Both the position numbers and the translations under genes were made by a program. Shown here in pieces: positions 46,278 through 56,064 of a DNA stretch of 64,000 nucleotides. Numbering within the stretch: the stretch's first letter is position 1; each line of letters begins with the position of its first letter. This stretch comes from Thermoplasmata archaeon (GTDB lineage: Archaea > Thermoplasmatota > E2 > JACPAO01 > JAHFTW01). The stretch lies in assembly GCA_023269235.1 (NCBI GenBank), contig JAHFTW010000003.1, forward strand, positions 165,999 through 229,998, read 5' to 3'. The notes under the pieces are model-generated. The model searched no databases. It saw nothing but the letters and a program-made list of their open reading frames with translations, and was not told where the DNA came from.

Positions 46278-46805
46278 TCAGCCCGCGACGAACGTGCGCG
46301 AGTGAGGCTTGAAGCGCTTGATGGCCAACCTGGCTTTGCCGTCGCAGAGGATGATGGTCAGTTCGCGCTCCGGGCCGAGAGCGGCGACGCGCGACTTCGC
46401 CTTGGTCCAGGCGGCCTGGAGGTCCGCGTGGGCGGCCTGGACGAGCTGGTTCGAGACCGTATCGGCGCCGTGGTCGAGCCACGCGATCTCGCTCACCAGG
46501 CCCGGGACGCAGTTGCATTTTCCCTGCACACAAGTGACCTGGTATCCGGCCGCCACTTTCTCGACGCTGCCCACGCAGAGGCCGATGGAGCCCAAGTACG
46601 CCTGGAACATCCGCGCGTCCAGGGCCAGTTCGGGCATGGTCGCCTGGAGCTCGTTGTAGAGCGCCCCGACGGCCTTGCGCATCGTCGGCGGGAGCCGGCC
46701 CGTCTTGGCGGTCCGCTTGGGAAGGGCCTTCGGGGCGGCCTTGCGTCGGGGGGGCGAGGCGTTTGCGGTCGTCTTCCGTTTGGTCGAGGTGGACTTGCGC
46801 GCCAT
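46278..46805 (-). CDS. Hypothetical protein with Lys/Arg-rich N-terminal tail and a Cys-cluster domain
   Basis: Start at ATG 46805 ('MARKSTSTKRKTTANASPPRRKAAPKALPKRTAKTGR...'), followed by '...CVGSVEKVAAGYQVTCVQGKCNCVPG...ILCDGK'. Confidence 0.5.
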   Translation of the reverse strand: MARKSTSTKRKTTANASPPRRKAAPKALPKRTAKTGRLPPTMRKAVGALYNELQATMPELALDARMFQAYLGSIGLCVGSVEKVAAGYQVTCVQGKCNCVPGLVSEIAWLDHGADTVSNQLVQAAHADLQAAWTKAKSRVAALGPERELTIILCDGKARLAIKRFKPHSRTFVAG

Positions 46806-46897
46806 GAAGACCACGCCGGCATCGGCGCCCGGGCTCAAAGGGCTGTCGGGAGGCGCCGCAGCGCCCGGTTTATGGCGTCCCACGGCGTCGCCGGCTC

Positions 46898-47350
46898 GTG
46901 GTCATCCTAGCCGTGGACCAGGTTTCCGTCGCCGTCGAGTCCTTGGACGACGCGAGCCGCATCTACGAGCGCATCCTCGGCTTGCGCGCCACGCATGACG
47001 AGACCGTCTCCGACCAGGGCGTGACGACGCGCTTCTTCCCCGTCGGCCGCACCGACTCCGTCGTCGAGGCGCTGCTCGCCACCGGCCCCGACACGCCCGT
47101 CGGCAAGTTCCTCGCGAAGCGCGGCCCCGGTGTCCACCACATCGCGTTCCGCACCGACGACTTGGACGCCGAACTGGCGCGCCTCAAGGCGCTTGGCGTG
47201 CGCCTCATCGACGAGACGCCCCGCAAGGGAGCGGAGGGCAAGCGCATCGCCTTCATCCACCCCAAAGAGACGGGCGGCGTGCTGATCGAGCTCTGCGAAG
47301 CGCCGCACGGCCACGCCGGGCCCGCCGGCTCGCACGGCGGCAAGCCATGA
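46898..47350 (+). CDS. mce: Methylmalonyl-CoA epimerase (VOC/glyoxalase fold)
   Basis: 'DQVSVAVESLDDASRIYERILGL...GVHHIAFRTDDLD...IAFIHPKETGGVLIEL' is the MCE pattern. GTG start. Confidence 0.8.
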   Translation: MVILAVDQVSVAVESLDDASRIYERILGLRATHDETVSDQGVTTRFFPVGRTDSVVEALLATGPDTPVGKFLAKRGPGVHHIAFRTDDLDAELARLKALGVRLIDETPRKGAEGKRIAFIHPKETGGVLIELCEAPHGHAGPAGSHGGKP

Positions 47351-48075
47351 TGGAGTCCTCCTGGACCGTCGAGCGCGTCGCGAGCGCCAGTTCCACGATG
47401 GACCTCGCCAAGGCGAAGGCGCGCGGCGGGGCGCCCGACCGATGGGCTGTCGTCGCCGAGACGATGACGGGCGGCCGAGGAACCCAAGGTCGGTCCTGGC
47501 ACGCACCTCCAGGCGGCCTCTACACGAGCTTCATCCTGCGCGGCCTGGACGACCCGCGCCTCCTCACGCTCGCCCTCGGCAACGCCGTCGCCGACGTCCT
47601 GGAAGTCGCCGGCGTGGAGCCCCGCCTCAAGTGGGTGAACGATGTCTGGGTCGGCGGCAAGAAGGTCGCCGGCATCCTGGTGGAGATGGAGTCCACCGGC
47701 GACCGCATCGACTTCGCCGTCTGCGGCATCGGCGTCAACCTCAACGGCGAGGCCGCGGCGTTCCCGGCCGACCTGCGCGGCAAGGCGACGACGCTGGAGG
47801 AAGAGTTGGGCTGCGACGTCTGCGTGCCCGACCTCGAAGGGTTCCTCTGGCAATCCATCGACCGCTGGCTCGGCTGGCTCAAGGAGAACCCGCAGCGCGT
47901 CCTGGAGAAGTTCCGCGAACGCGACGCGTTGATGGGCCGCCGCGTGGCCGCCGGCGTCGGGGGAAAGCGCGTCGAAGGGATTGCCGCCGGCATCGACGAA
48001 AAAGGCCGTCTTCTGCTCAAGGTGGACGCCCGCACGGAGCTGGTCCAGGGCGGGACTGTCGAGGTCCTAGGCTAG
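47347..48075 (+). CDS. birA: Biotin--protein ligase (BirA catalytic domain, no N-terminal HTH)
   Basis: 'ETMTGGRGTQGRSWHAPPGGLYTS' gives the GRGRxGRxW motif, followed by 'KWVNDVWVGGKKVAGILVE'. The ATG overlaps the mce stop. Confidence 0.8.
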   Translation: MMESSWTVERVASASSTMDLAKAKARGGAPDRWAVVAETMTGGRGTQGRSWHAPPGGLYTSFILRGLDDPRLLTLALGNAVADVLEVAGVEPRLKWVNDVWVGGKKVAGILVEMESTGDRIDFAVCGIGVNLNGEAAAFPADLRGKATTLEEELGCDVCVPDLEGFLWQSIDRWLGWLKENPQRVLEKFRERDALMGRRVAAGVGGKRVEGIAAGIDEKGRLLLKVDARTELVQGGTVEVLG

Positions 48076-48153
48076 CCGCCATCCTGGACTTTCGGCATCC
48101 GCCGAATCACCCTTCGCCACCCTTTTAAGGGTCCTCCTGGGGTCGAACCCGTC

Positions 48154-49212
48154 ATGCCAGTTGGGATCACCAGCTACGGTGCCTACGTCCCGCGCTACCG
48201 CATCAAGTCGGAGGAGATTGCCCGCGTCTGGGGCGACGACGCCAACGTAGGCAAGGGTCTCAACGTGCACGAGAAATCCGTGCCCGGGCTCGATGAGGAT
48301 GTCGCCACCATCAGCGTGGAAGCCGCCCGCCAGGCGATGCGCCGCGCGAAGACGACGCCCAACGACCTCGGCGCCATCTACGTCGGCTCCGAGTCCCACC
48401 CGTACGCCGTCAAGCCGACTGGCACCATCGTCCAGGCCGCGCTCGACGCGACGCCGTTCATGACGATGGCGGACTACGAGTTCGCCTGCAAGGCCGGCAC
48501 CGCCGCCGTGCAGACCGGCATGGGTCTAGTCAAGTCGGGCATGTGCAAGACCGTCCTCGCCATCGGCGCCGACACCAGCCAAGGCGCTCCCCGCAACGCC
48601 CTGGAGTACTCCGCCTCCGCCGGCGGAGCGGCCATTCTCATCGGAGCCGAGAAGAAGCACATCCTGGCCGAGATCCAGCACACCGTCTCCTTCACGACGG
48701 ACACGCCCGACTTCTGGCGCCGCGAGGGCCAGAAGTACCCGAGCCACGGCGAGCGCTTCACCGGAGAGCCTGCCTACTTCCGGCATGTCCGCGAGGCCTC
48801 GGAGCGCCTGTTCGCCGACACGCGCACGACGGCCAAAGACTACACGCACGCCGTCTTCCACCAGCCCAACGGCAAGTTCCCCGCCACCATCGCGGAGAAG
48901 CTCGGCTTCACGAAGGAGCAGTACGCCACGGGCCTCCTCGCACCGCGCATCGGGAACACCTACTCGGGCGCCGTCCTCCTCGGCCTCGCCGCCATCCTAG
49001 ACATCGCCGAGCCCGACGACTCCATCTTCATGTGCGGCTACGGCTCCGGCGCCGGCTCCGACGCGTTCCAACTCGAGGTCACGCGCAACATCGAGGACTA
49101 CGACCGCAGCCCGCGCGAACAGCTCGCGACCCAGCTCGCCTCCACGACGATGCTCGACTACGCCACCTACGCCAAGCACCGCGGGAAAATCATCCTCGGG
49201 GGGTCCGAATAA
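48154..49212 (+). CDS. hmgB: Hydroxymethylglutaryl-CoA synthase (archaeal type)
   Basis: '[17 protein letters not shown]' and '[10 protein letters not shown]' give the N-terminal and active-site Cys region, with 'GYGSGAG' near the C-terminus. Confidence 0.85.
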   Translation: MPVGITSYGAYVPRYRIKSEEIARVWGDDANVGKGLNVHEKSVPGLDEDVATISVEAARQAMRRAKTTPNDLGAIYVGSESHPYAVKPTGTIVQAALDATPFMTMADYEFACKAGTAAVQTGMGLVKSGMCKTVLAIGADTSQGAPRNALEYSASAGGAAILIGAEKKHILAEIQHTVSFTTDTPDFWRREGQKYPSHGERFTGEPAYFRHVREASERLFADTRTTAKDYTHAVFHQPNGKFPATIAEKLGFTKEQYATGLLAPRIGNTYSGAVLLGLAAILDIAEPDDSIFMCGYGSGAGSDAFQLEVTRNIEDYDRSPREQLATQLASTTMLDYATYAKHRGKIILGGSE

Positions 49213-50423
49213 TGGCCCGCAAGCCCCACGTCCCGCGCAAGGTCCTCCCCGAGGCGTTCGTCCTCGGCGCGAGCCACACCCGATTCGGCGAGGCGTGGGA
49301 GAAGTCCTACCGCGACCTCATGACCGAGGCCGGCCTTGGCGCGCTCAAGGACGCCCGCATCGCGGGCGACGAGATCGATGCCGTCTTCGTCGGCACCATG
49401 AGCACCGGCAAGCTCGTCGGCCAGGAGCACGTCGCCCCGCTTCTCCTTGATGGCGCCGGCCTCGCGGACCGCCACATCCCCGCCACGCGCGTCGAGGCCG
49501 CCGGGGCCTCCGGCGCCGTCGCGTTCCGCCAGGGCGTCAACCTCATCCGCAGCGGCTCCGCCGACGTCGTCGTCGTGGGCGGCATCGAGAAGATGACCGA
49601 CGTCTCGGACGCCGACGCGCAGGCCATCGCCTCCGCCGGCATCGACCAGGAGTGGGAGCACTTCGTCGGCGCCACCGAGACCGCGCTCTGGGCCATGATG
49701 GCGAAGCGCCACATGGCCGCCTTCGGCACGACGCGCGAGCAGCTCGCCGCCGTCGCCGTGAAGAACCACGCGCATGGCGCCAAGAACCCGCTCGCGCAGT
49801 TCCGCCGCGCCATCGACGAGGCCGCCGTCCTGCGCGCCCCGCTCATCGCCGACCCGCTCGGGATGTTCGACTGCGCCCCCATCTCGGACGGCGCGGCCTG
49901 CGTCGTCCTCGCGAGCGCCAAGATTGCCGCCGGCCGCGCCGATGCGGTCCGCGTCTCGGGGTCCGGGATGGCCAGCGATTCTCTCGCGCTCCATTCGCGC
50001 CCCAGCCTCACCAGCCTCGCCGCCACAGAGCACGCGGCCCGGCGCGCCTACGCGGAGGCCGGCATCAGCCCTGCCGACGTCCAACTCGCGGAGGTCCACG
50101 ACGGCACCACGCTCGGAGAGCTCCTGGCCATCGAGGACCTCGGCTTCGTCAAGAAGGGCCAAGGCGGCCCCGCGACCGCGAAAGGCCGCACCACCTTCGG
50201 CGGCGACCTCGCGGTCATCAACCCCTCGGGCGGCCTCAAGGCGCGCGGCCACCCGGCCGGCGCCACCGGCATCGCGCAAGTGTGCGAGGTCGTCTGGCAC
50301 CTGCGTGGCCAGGCCGGCGAGCGCCAGGTCAAGGACGCCCGCATCGGCATCACGCACAACACCGGCGGCACCGGCGCGACCGCCGTCGTCCATGTCCTGG
50401 AGAAGACGGAGGTGCCGGAATGA
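49212..50423 (+). CDS. Acetyl-CoA C-acetyltransferase (thiolase, archaeal SCP-x-like)
   Basis: 'VFVGTMSTG', 'MFDCAPISDGAA' and 'GHPAGATGIAQV' are the thiolase motifs. TAATG overlap with the HMG-CoA synthase gene. Confidence 0.85.
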   Translation: MARKPHVPRKVLPEAFVLGASHTRFGEAWEKSYRDLMTEAGLGALKDARIAGDEIDAVFVGTMSTGKLVGQEHVAPLLLDGAGLADRHIPATRVEAAGASGAVAFRQGVNLIRSGSADVVVVGGIEKMTDVSDADAQAIASAGIDQEWEHFVGATETALWAMMAKRHMAAFGTTREQLAAVAVKNHAHGAKNPLAQFRRAIDEAAVLRAPLIADPLGMFDCAPISDGAACVVLASAKIAAGRADAVRVSGSGMASDSLALHSRPSLTSLAATEHAARRAYAEAGISPADVQLAEVHDGTTLGELLAIEDLGFVKKGQGGPATAKGRTTFGGDLAVINPSGGLKARGHPAGATGIAQVCEVVWHLRGQAGERQVKDARIGITHNTGGTGATAVVHVLEKTEVPE

Positions 50424-50929
50424 GCGTCCCCCGGTTTTGGCGCGAGATTCCCCAGCGCTACAACCTGCAGGCCGCCAAGTGCGGCGCCTGCGAGGGGGTC
50501 TACTTCCCCCCGCGGGAGGTATGCCCCGCCTGCCGACGTGCCTCCATCGGCAAGATGGCCCCAATGCGCCTCTCGGGCGTCGGCACCATCGTCGAGTGGA
50601 CGCGCGTGCACAAGCCGGCCCCAGGCTACGAGATGCAGGTCCCCTACACGGTCGCCCTCATCCAAGCTCCCGAAGGCCCGCTGCTGACCGGCCAGGTCGT
50701 GGACTCCGCCTCAGAGGCAATCCATGTCGGGGCCCACGTGCGCTCCGTCTTCCGCCGGGTCGGCCAGGACGGCGAGGCGGGAGTCATCCACTACGGCACC
50801 AAGTGGGTCGTCGAGGCGAGGGGCGCCGAGGCCCGCTCCGACGCCGTGCCGACGGGCAAGGCGACGGACGGCAAACGCCGCAAGGGCCGGAACAAGGCCT
50901 TATTTCAACCTCCTGTCCGCTCTCCTTGA
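50420..50929 (+). CDS. DUF35 OB-fold/zinc-ribbon protein (HMGCS-thiolase complex partner)
   Basis: 'CGACEGVYFPPREVCPACRR' is a 4-Cys ribbon, followed by an OB fold. ATGA overlap with the thiolase gene. This three-gene arrangement is the conserved archaeal one. Confidence 0.8.
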   Translation: MSVPRFWREIPQRYNLQAAKCGACEGVYFPPREVCPACRRASIGKMAPMRLSGVGTIVEWTRVHKPAPGYEMQVPYTVALIQAPEGPLLTGQVVDSASEAIHVGAHVRSVFRRVGQDGEAGVIHYGTKWVVEARGAEARSDAVPTGKATDGKRRKGRNKALFQPPVRSP

Positions 50930-50956
50930 ATACTCCCGTCCCACTGCAACGGTGTC

Positions 50957-53602
50957 ATGGGGGTGCGAAGCGTCGCGGCGGTGGCCATCCTGGCCGTGGG
51001 CCTGCTGGGGCTCACCATCGCGATTCCCCAGGACACCCACCTGGGGGGAGGCGTCCCCTTCTCAAGTGTGTTCGGGGGCGGCGCGAACATCGCCGGCGCC
51101 GACACCGTCGGTCCGCATGACCCGGACCTGGGAAAGCTGCTGGACCACCTCGACCCGCGCATCCTGGACCCGGCCCTGCTGAAGAACCTCGACCCCGCCG
51201 CCCTTGCGGACATGCTGGAGCGGCTCTCGCCCGAGCAGCTCGCGGCCCTCGGGCTCGACCGCGAGCAGGCGCTCGCCGAGGCGGCCCTTCTGCGCGATCC
51301 CGCCCTCAACAACGCGGCCTTCATCGCCCTCCTCGCTGTCCTTGCCGGCAACGGCCTCGGCTTCACGAACACCCACGGGTTCGGCAACCTCTCCGCGGCG
51401 TACGCCGACCTGGACGGCGACGGCGTGGTGTCGGAAGGGGACGTTCGCCTCGGCGCTGTGGCCCTGTACGCGACCCGCGACGCGGGGTTGAACGACCGGG
51501 CGCGCGCCCTCCTCACGGCCTACAACGCGGCCGGCGCCGTCGGCTTGGACCCGCCTGCCTCGGCCGCGACGCGCACCAACGCGACCGCCGCCACTGCGCC
51601 CCTCCCGGTGCTTGGCTACCCGAGCGACCGCGGCGGGGGGCCGCTCCAGCCGGTCTGCGTCCAGCGCTACTCCCTCGACCTGACCTGTCATCAGCGGACG
51701 TTCGTGCAAGGCCGCGTCTCCGCCGTGGACGACTACTATCTGTTCGGCCTCGACACGACCCGCACCGGAGTTCCCCTCGAGCCCAACGCGCCGGGCGTCC
51801 GCTCCGTGGCCACGCTTCGCCTCACGCTCGACCCCAAGGCCTGGACGCCGGTGCCCACACTGACTCCTGGCGACCGCCTCGTCGGGCTCCTCGGCCCGTC
51901 CATCGAGCTCGCCCGCGACGGCAACGGCATGGTCTGGGCGCGCGGCGCTTCTGGCAACACGACGCTGGACATCACCTGGGCCGTGGACGCCGGCTACTTC
52001 GACCTCAGCGTCCCGGAGGATGTTGGCTTCAGCGACGTCCCGGCCGCGAGCCGCCCGCGCCTTGACTCCGCGACCGCCGCCGTCGGGCTGCGCATCGCCG
52101 ATCTGGCCGGCGCCCAGGACCAGGGCTACCGTGGCGCTGTGGACGCGCTCGTGGCCTACTTCCGCGCGTTCCGGAGCGGCCTTCTCCCGGACCGCTCGCA
52201 GCGCGCCGACGACCTGCTCGCCGTCGCCCAGGCCCAGGTCGGCTGCGCCCGCCAGCGCGCCGAGGCCTTCACGCTCGCCGCCCAGGCGCTCGGCGTCCCC
52301 GCCCGCCTGGTCCTCAACGAGGCGCACGCCTTCTCCGAGGTCTTCGTGCCCCGCGCCGGGTGGCGCATGGTGGACCTCGGAGGCTGCGGCGAGTACCAGG
52401 TCGCGATCCTAGGGTCCCACGTGGAGGTCTTGGCCCGCCAGCAGCTCCCCTACGCCCGCAACCAGGCGCCCGCGAGCGTGGCCGACCCGGCCGCGGCTCC
52501 CGTCACGACCGCCGTGAGTCTCACCCAGAGCCTGCTCAGCGCGCGCCGCGGCAACGATATCACCGTGGACGGGAAGGCCTCCGGTCCCGCGTCATCCGTG
52601 CCCGATGGCGTCCCCGTCGTCCTCTCCTACAACCGGACCCGCGACGCCCCCGGGACCGTGTTCTGCGCCACCTTCACCTCCGGCGGCACCTTCCGCGCGA
52701 CCTGCCGTGTCCCGTCGGACGCCCCGGTCGGCAACCTGCGGCTCGTCGCCCGCCTCGCCCCGTCCGTCCTGGACGACGCACCGTCCCTTGCCTCTTACGC
52801 CGACACTGCGTTCATTGTCCAGAGCCCCGCGCCGGCCCCGCGGCCAGGCCCGACGCGAAGGCCCCGGGTGCGGCGCCCCCTCCGGCAGCCATCCTGTGTG
52901 GCCCAAGGCGCTTCGGCCCCGGCCGCCATCGTTCTTGCGGGCGCCGGAGGCGTTCCCCCGGTCCTCCCCGTCGCCCTCCTGGCCGTCGTGGCACTCCTCG
53001 TCCTCACTCTCCTCGCGTTGGCCCTCCTCCGCCTCGACCGACGCCGTCGCGCCCGCCGCAACCGGTTCCTCCCTCAGCTCCCGCCCTTCCCCGTCGGCAT
53101 CGTGCAGCCCGACCTGCCAAGCCGGGTCCCGCGCGTCTTCGACCCGGACCTCGACCGCGCCCTCACGTTTCGCATGCCCCGGTCCGGCGCGTGGGAGGTC
53201 CGCGACGAGAAGGGCCGCCCGATCCCCGCGCGGGCGCAGGGGCGAGACCTGACGCTCGACCTGCGCGCCCTCGCCGTCGGTCGTCACACCCTTCGCCTAG
53301 GGCGCGTGGGCCAGCCGGCAGAGGACCAGATCGCGGTCGTTCTCAGCGTGAACGACTTGCGGCAGGCTCTCGACGGCGCCACGCGCGCCCTCCTCGCGCG
53401 CCTGGGCCAGCCCACGCCGGGGCCGGCCCTGCTCCAAGCCATCGAGGACGGCCTGCGCAAGGGTGGCGCGCACGGCGAGGACGCGCTCGCGGTGCGTCGG
53501 CTCGCCGAAGGCGCGCTCTACGACGCGCAGGGCTGCGACCGCGCCCGGTTCCACGACTACTTCCTTGCGCTCGACCGAGCGCAGGCACGGAGGCCCGCAT
53601 GA
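50957..53602 (+). CDS. Large secreted, membrane-anchored transglutaminase-like (TGc) protein
   Basis: A signal peptide ('MGVRSVAAVAILAVGLLGLTIA') begins a long extracellular region. The TGc core reads 'QVGCARQRAEAFTLAAQALGVPARLV...HAFSEVFVPRAGWRMVDLGG' (Cys-His-Asp). A TM ('VLPVALLAVVALLVLTLLALALL') precedes a basic cytoplasmic tail. Confidence 0.7.
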   Translation: MGVRSVAAVAILAVGLLGLTIAIPQDTHLGGGVPFSSVFGGGANIAGADTVGPHDPDLGKLLDHLDPRILDPALLKNLDPAALADMLERLSPEQLAALGLDREQALAEAALLRDPALNNAAFIALLAVLAGNGLGFTNTHGFGNLSAAYADLDGDGVVSEGDVRLGAVALYATRDAGLNDRARALLTAYNAAGAVGLDPPASAATRTNATAATAPLPVLGYPSDRGGGPLQPVCVQRYSLDLTCHQRTFVQGRVSAVDDYYLFGLDTTRTGVPLEPNAPGVRSVATLRLTLDPKAWTPVPTLTPGDRLVGLLGPSIELARDGNGMVWARGASGNTTLDITWAVDAGYFDLSVPEDVGFSDVPAASRPRLDSATAAVGLRIADLAGAQDQGYRGAVDALVAYFRAFRSGLLPDRSQRADDLLAVAQAQVGCARQRAEAFTLAAQALGVPARLVLNEAHAFSEVFVPRAGWRMVDLGGCGEYQVAILGSHVEVLARQQLPYARNQAPASVADPAAAPVTTAVSLTQSLLSARRGNDITVDGKASGPASSVPDGVPVVLSYNRTRDAPGTVFCATFTSGGTFRATCRVPSDAPVGNLRLVARLAPSVLDDAPSLASYADTAFIVQSPAPAPRPGPTRRPRVRRPLRQPSCVAQGASAPAAIVLAGAGGVPPVLPVALLAVVALLVLTLLALALLRLDRRRRARRNRFLPQLPPFPVGIVQPDLPSRVPRVFDPDLDRALTFRMPRSGAWEVRDEKGRPIPARAQGRDLTLDLRALAVGRHTLRLGRVGQPAEDQIAVVLSVNDLRQALDGATRALLARLGQPTPGPALLQAIEDGLRKGGAHGEDALAVRRLAEGALYDAQGCDRARFHDYFLALDRAQARRPA

Positions 53603-55074
53603 ACCCAGCGCCGCGCGGCCCGGCGGCGGCCCTCGCCGCGGTCATCCTCCTTGCCCTCGTTGGCGCAGGCCTGTCCTGGCTTTTCGTGGAGCACGTCCTC
53701 GCCCGCGGCGACAAGATCGTGGACGAACCAATTCAGTCCCCCGCGGCGGCGACGCCGCTCTGGGCGGCCGGTGGCGGGGTCGCGTGCCTGGCCGTCTCGG
53801 GCACCATCGGGCTGTGGGCGCCCAGCCTGCGAGGCCGTCGTTGGGCGCCGCTCGTCGCGCTGGGGGCCCCGTGGGCTTTCGCGGCCGGCCTGGGAGTCCT
53901 GGCGTTCACGGTCGGCCCGCCCGCCTTCGCGGTGAGCATCGCCTTCGCGGTCCCCACGCTCGTGGCGGCCCTGCTCGCGGTCGTCCTGCCGCCACCACGC
54001 GACCCAGGGTTCGGGAGGTTCCTCCTCTCATCCTGGATGGCCTTGGGGACCCTCGCAGGCCTGGTCGTGGTGGCTTGGGCGACGCTTGGGGCCCTGGAGG
54101 AGCAGAAGCCGAGCGTCCCATGGTCTTCGGTCCTCGCCGGCCTTGGGCTCGCGACCTTGCTGCAGACAACGGCACGGTACGCGGCGCGGCATGGCGGCGA
54201 ATTGCGCACCGCGCCCCGTCTTCACCAGCAGGTCCGCACCGTCCACGAGACACCCACGGCCCAGGCCGTCGCCGCCCGGCTGCACGCCTACGTCGAGGAG
54301 GGTGTCGGCTCCAAACCGTACCACCAGTTGACGGCCGAGCTGGCGCAGGCCGCAGGGTCGGTCCAGACAACCGTTGGTCCTGCCCCGGGCGAAGCGGGCC
54401 GGCAGCCCCTTCCCGCGTGGGCGGCCGGGTCGGCGGCCCTTCTTCGCGCTCTCGCCTTCGCCCTCCCCTTCCCTGCCTTGCTGCCTGACGCATGGGGTCT
54501 CGGGTTGGGCCTCCTCGCCGCGGGGCTTCTACTTCCGCTCCAAGGCGCGGCCCTCGCCCCACGCAAGGAGCCGTTGCGTCCTATCCCCTGGACCTTGGGC
54601 GGCCTTCTGGCGGCCGGCGGCGGGTATCTTCTCGGCCCGCTCCTGCTGGACGGCGCGCCCTCGGCGCAGTGGATGGGGTCGGGCATCGGGCTCCCGCTTC
54701 TCTTCGTCGCCGCCATCGCCCTGCGCCGCCGCGCTCCCGAGGGGCTCGCGACCATGCGGCTGGCGCACGCGGAGCAGCTGGCCGGGCGATCGCGGACACA
54801 GGTGGCGCGCGGCGCCATCGTCGCCCTGCTCGCGCTCGGACTACCCGTCCTCCTCGGGTCGGTGGCGTTCCTCCTCGGCATCGAGGTCCAGGACGTCCCG
54901 GTCCAGGTCCCCTTGGCCGGGTTCGCGGCCGGGGCACTGTGGAGCCTCGCGGGCTTGGTCACGGGTCCGGCCGCGGGCCCTCACCGGGAGGCGATGCGGG
55001 CCGCGCAGGCGGCGCGCGTCGAAGAGCGCCGCGCGGCGCACAGGAGCATCGTGGAGTCTCTGGAGTCAATCTGA
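53599..55074 (+). CDS. Polytopic membrane protein of the MoxR/DUF58/TGase operon
   Basis: ATGA overlap with the upstream gene. About 10 predicted TM helices rich in A/L/G; no motif. Confidence 0.6.
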   Translation: MNPAPRGPAAALAAVILLALVGAGLSWLFVEHVLARGDKIVDEPIQSPAAATPLWAAGGGVACLAVSGTIGLWAPSLRGRRWAPLVALGAPWAFAAGLGVLAFTVGPPAFAVSIAFAVPTLVAALLAVVLPPPRDPGFGRFLLSSWMALGTLAGLVVVAWATLGALEEQKPSVPWSSVLAGLGLATLLQTTARYAARHGGELRTAPRLHQQVRTVHETPTAQAVAARLHAYVEEGVGSKPYHQLTAELAQAAGSVQTTVGPAPGEAGRQPLPAWAAGSAALLRALAFALPFPALLPDAWGLGLGLLAAGLLLPLQGAALAPRKEPLRPIPWTLGGLLAAGGGYLLGPLLLDGAPSAQWMGSGIGLPLLFVAAIALRRRAPEGLATMRLAHAEQLAGRSRTQVARGAIVALLALGLPVLLGSVAFLLGIEVQDVPVQVPLAGFAAGALWSLAGLVTGPAAGPHREAMRAAQAARVEERRAAHRSIVESLESI

Positions 55075-56039
55075 TGTCACGAAATGGTGTTGAGCAGGTG
55101 TTGGACACGGTGGCCCGTTATTTTGTGGGCCAACGCAAGACGCTCGAGAAGGTGCTGGCAGGCGCGCTCGCCAACGGCCACATCTTGTTCGAGGATTACC
55201 CGGGCCTGGGCAAGACCCTCCTGGTGAAGGTGTTCAGCCGCGCGCTCGGGCTCGACGCGCGGCGCATCCAGTTCACGCCCGACATGCTCCCTGCCGACAT
55301 CATGGGCAGCAAGATCTGGAACCCGACGACGCGCACGTTCGACCTGTTCAAAGGGCCCATCTTCACCTCCGTCGTCCTCGCGGACGAGATCAACCGCGCG
55401 CCCCCCAAGACGCAGTCCGCGCTCCTCGAGGCGATGGAGGAGCGTCAGGTCACCATCGAGGGCGAGACCATCCGCATCCCGGCGCCCTTCTTCGTGCTCG
55501 CGACGCAGAACCCCATCGAGCAGGAGGGCACCTACCCACTGCCCGAGGCCCAGATGGACCGCTTCCTCATGCGCCTCGCCACCGGCTACCCCACCGACGC
55601 CGCCGCGGAGAAGGAGATCCTGCGCCGACGCATCGCGTGGCAGGCCGAGGACCCGACGCAGACCGTCCCCGCCGTCTGCGACGCCAAGACCTTCCGCGCC
55701 TGGCAGCACACCGTCGAACGGGACGTCTTCGTGCACGAGAGCCTGCTCGACTACATGACGAGCCTCGTGCGCCGCCTGCGCGAGCACCCCAAGGTTGAGG
55801 TTGGTCCGTCTCCGCGCGGCGCGCTCGCTCTTCTGCGCGTCAGCCGCGCCCTCGCCTTCGTGCGCGGCCGCGCCTACGTCATCCCCGACGACGTCGCCGA
55901 GGTCGTCGTGGACGTCCTGGCGCACCGCACCATCATCGAAGTGGACCAGGCGCTCGAGGGCGTCACCGGCGAACAGGTCGTCATCGAGGTCCTGCGCTCC
56001 ATCACCCCGCCTGCCCGTCAGGTCGTGGTGGCGCGGTGA
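55074..56039 (+). CDS. moxR: MoxR-family AAA+ ATPase
   Basis: 'GHILFEDYPGLGKTLL' gives Walker A, 'VVLADEINRAPPKTQSALLEAMEE' gives Walker B/sensor 1, and 'VLATQNPIEQEGTYPLPEAQMDRF' completes the MoxR pattern. TGATG overlap with the upstream gene. Confidence 0.85.
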   Translation: MSRNGVEQVLDTVARYFVGQRKTLEKVLAGALANGHILFEDYPGLGKTLLVKVFSRALGLDARRIQFTPDMLPADIMGSKIWNPTTRTFDLFKGPIFTSVVLADEINRAPPKTQSALLEAMEERQVTIEGETIRIPAPFFVLATQNPIEQEGTYPLPEAQMDRFLMRLATGYPTDAAAEKEILRRRIAWQAEDPTQTVPAVCDAKTFRAWQHTVERDVFVHESLLDYMTSLVRRLREHPKVEVGPSPRGALALLRVSRALAFVRGRAYVIPDDVAEVVVDVLAHRTIIEVDQALEGVTGEQVVIEVLRSITPPARQVVVAR

Positions 56040-56064
56040 CGGGGACGCGAGACGGAGCAACCTG

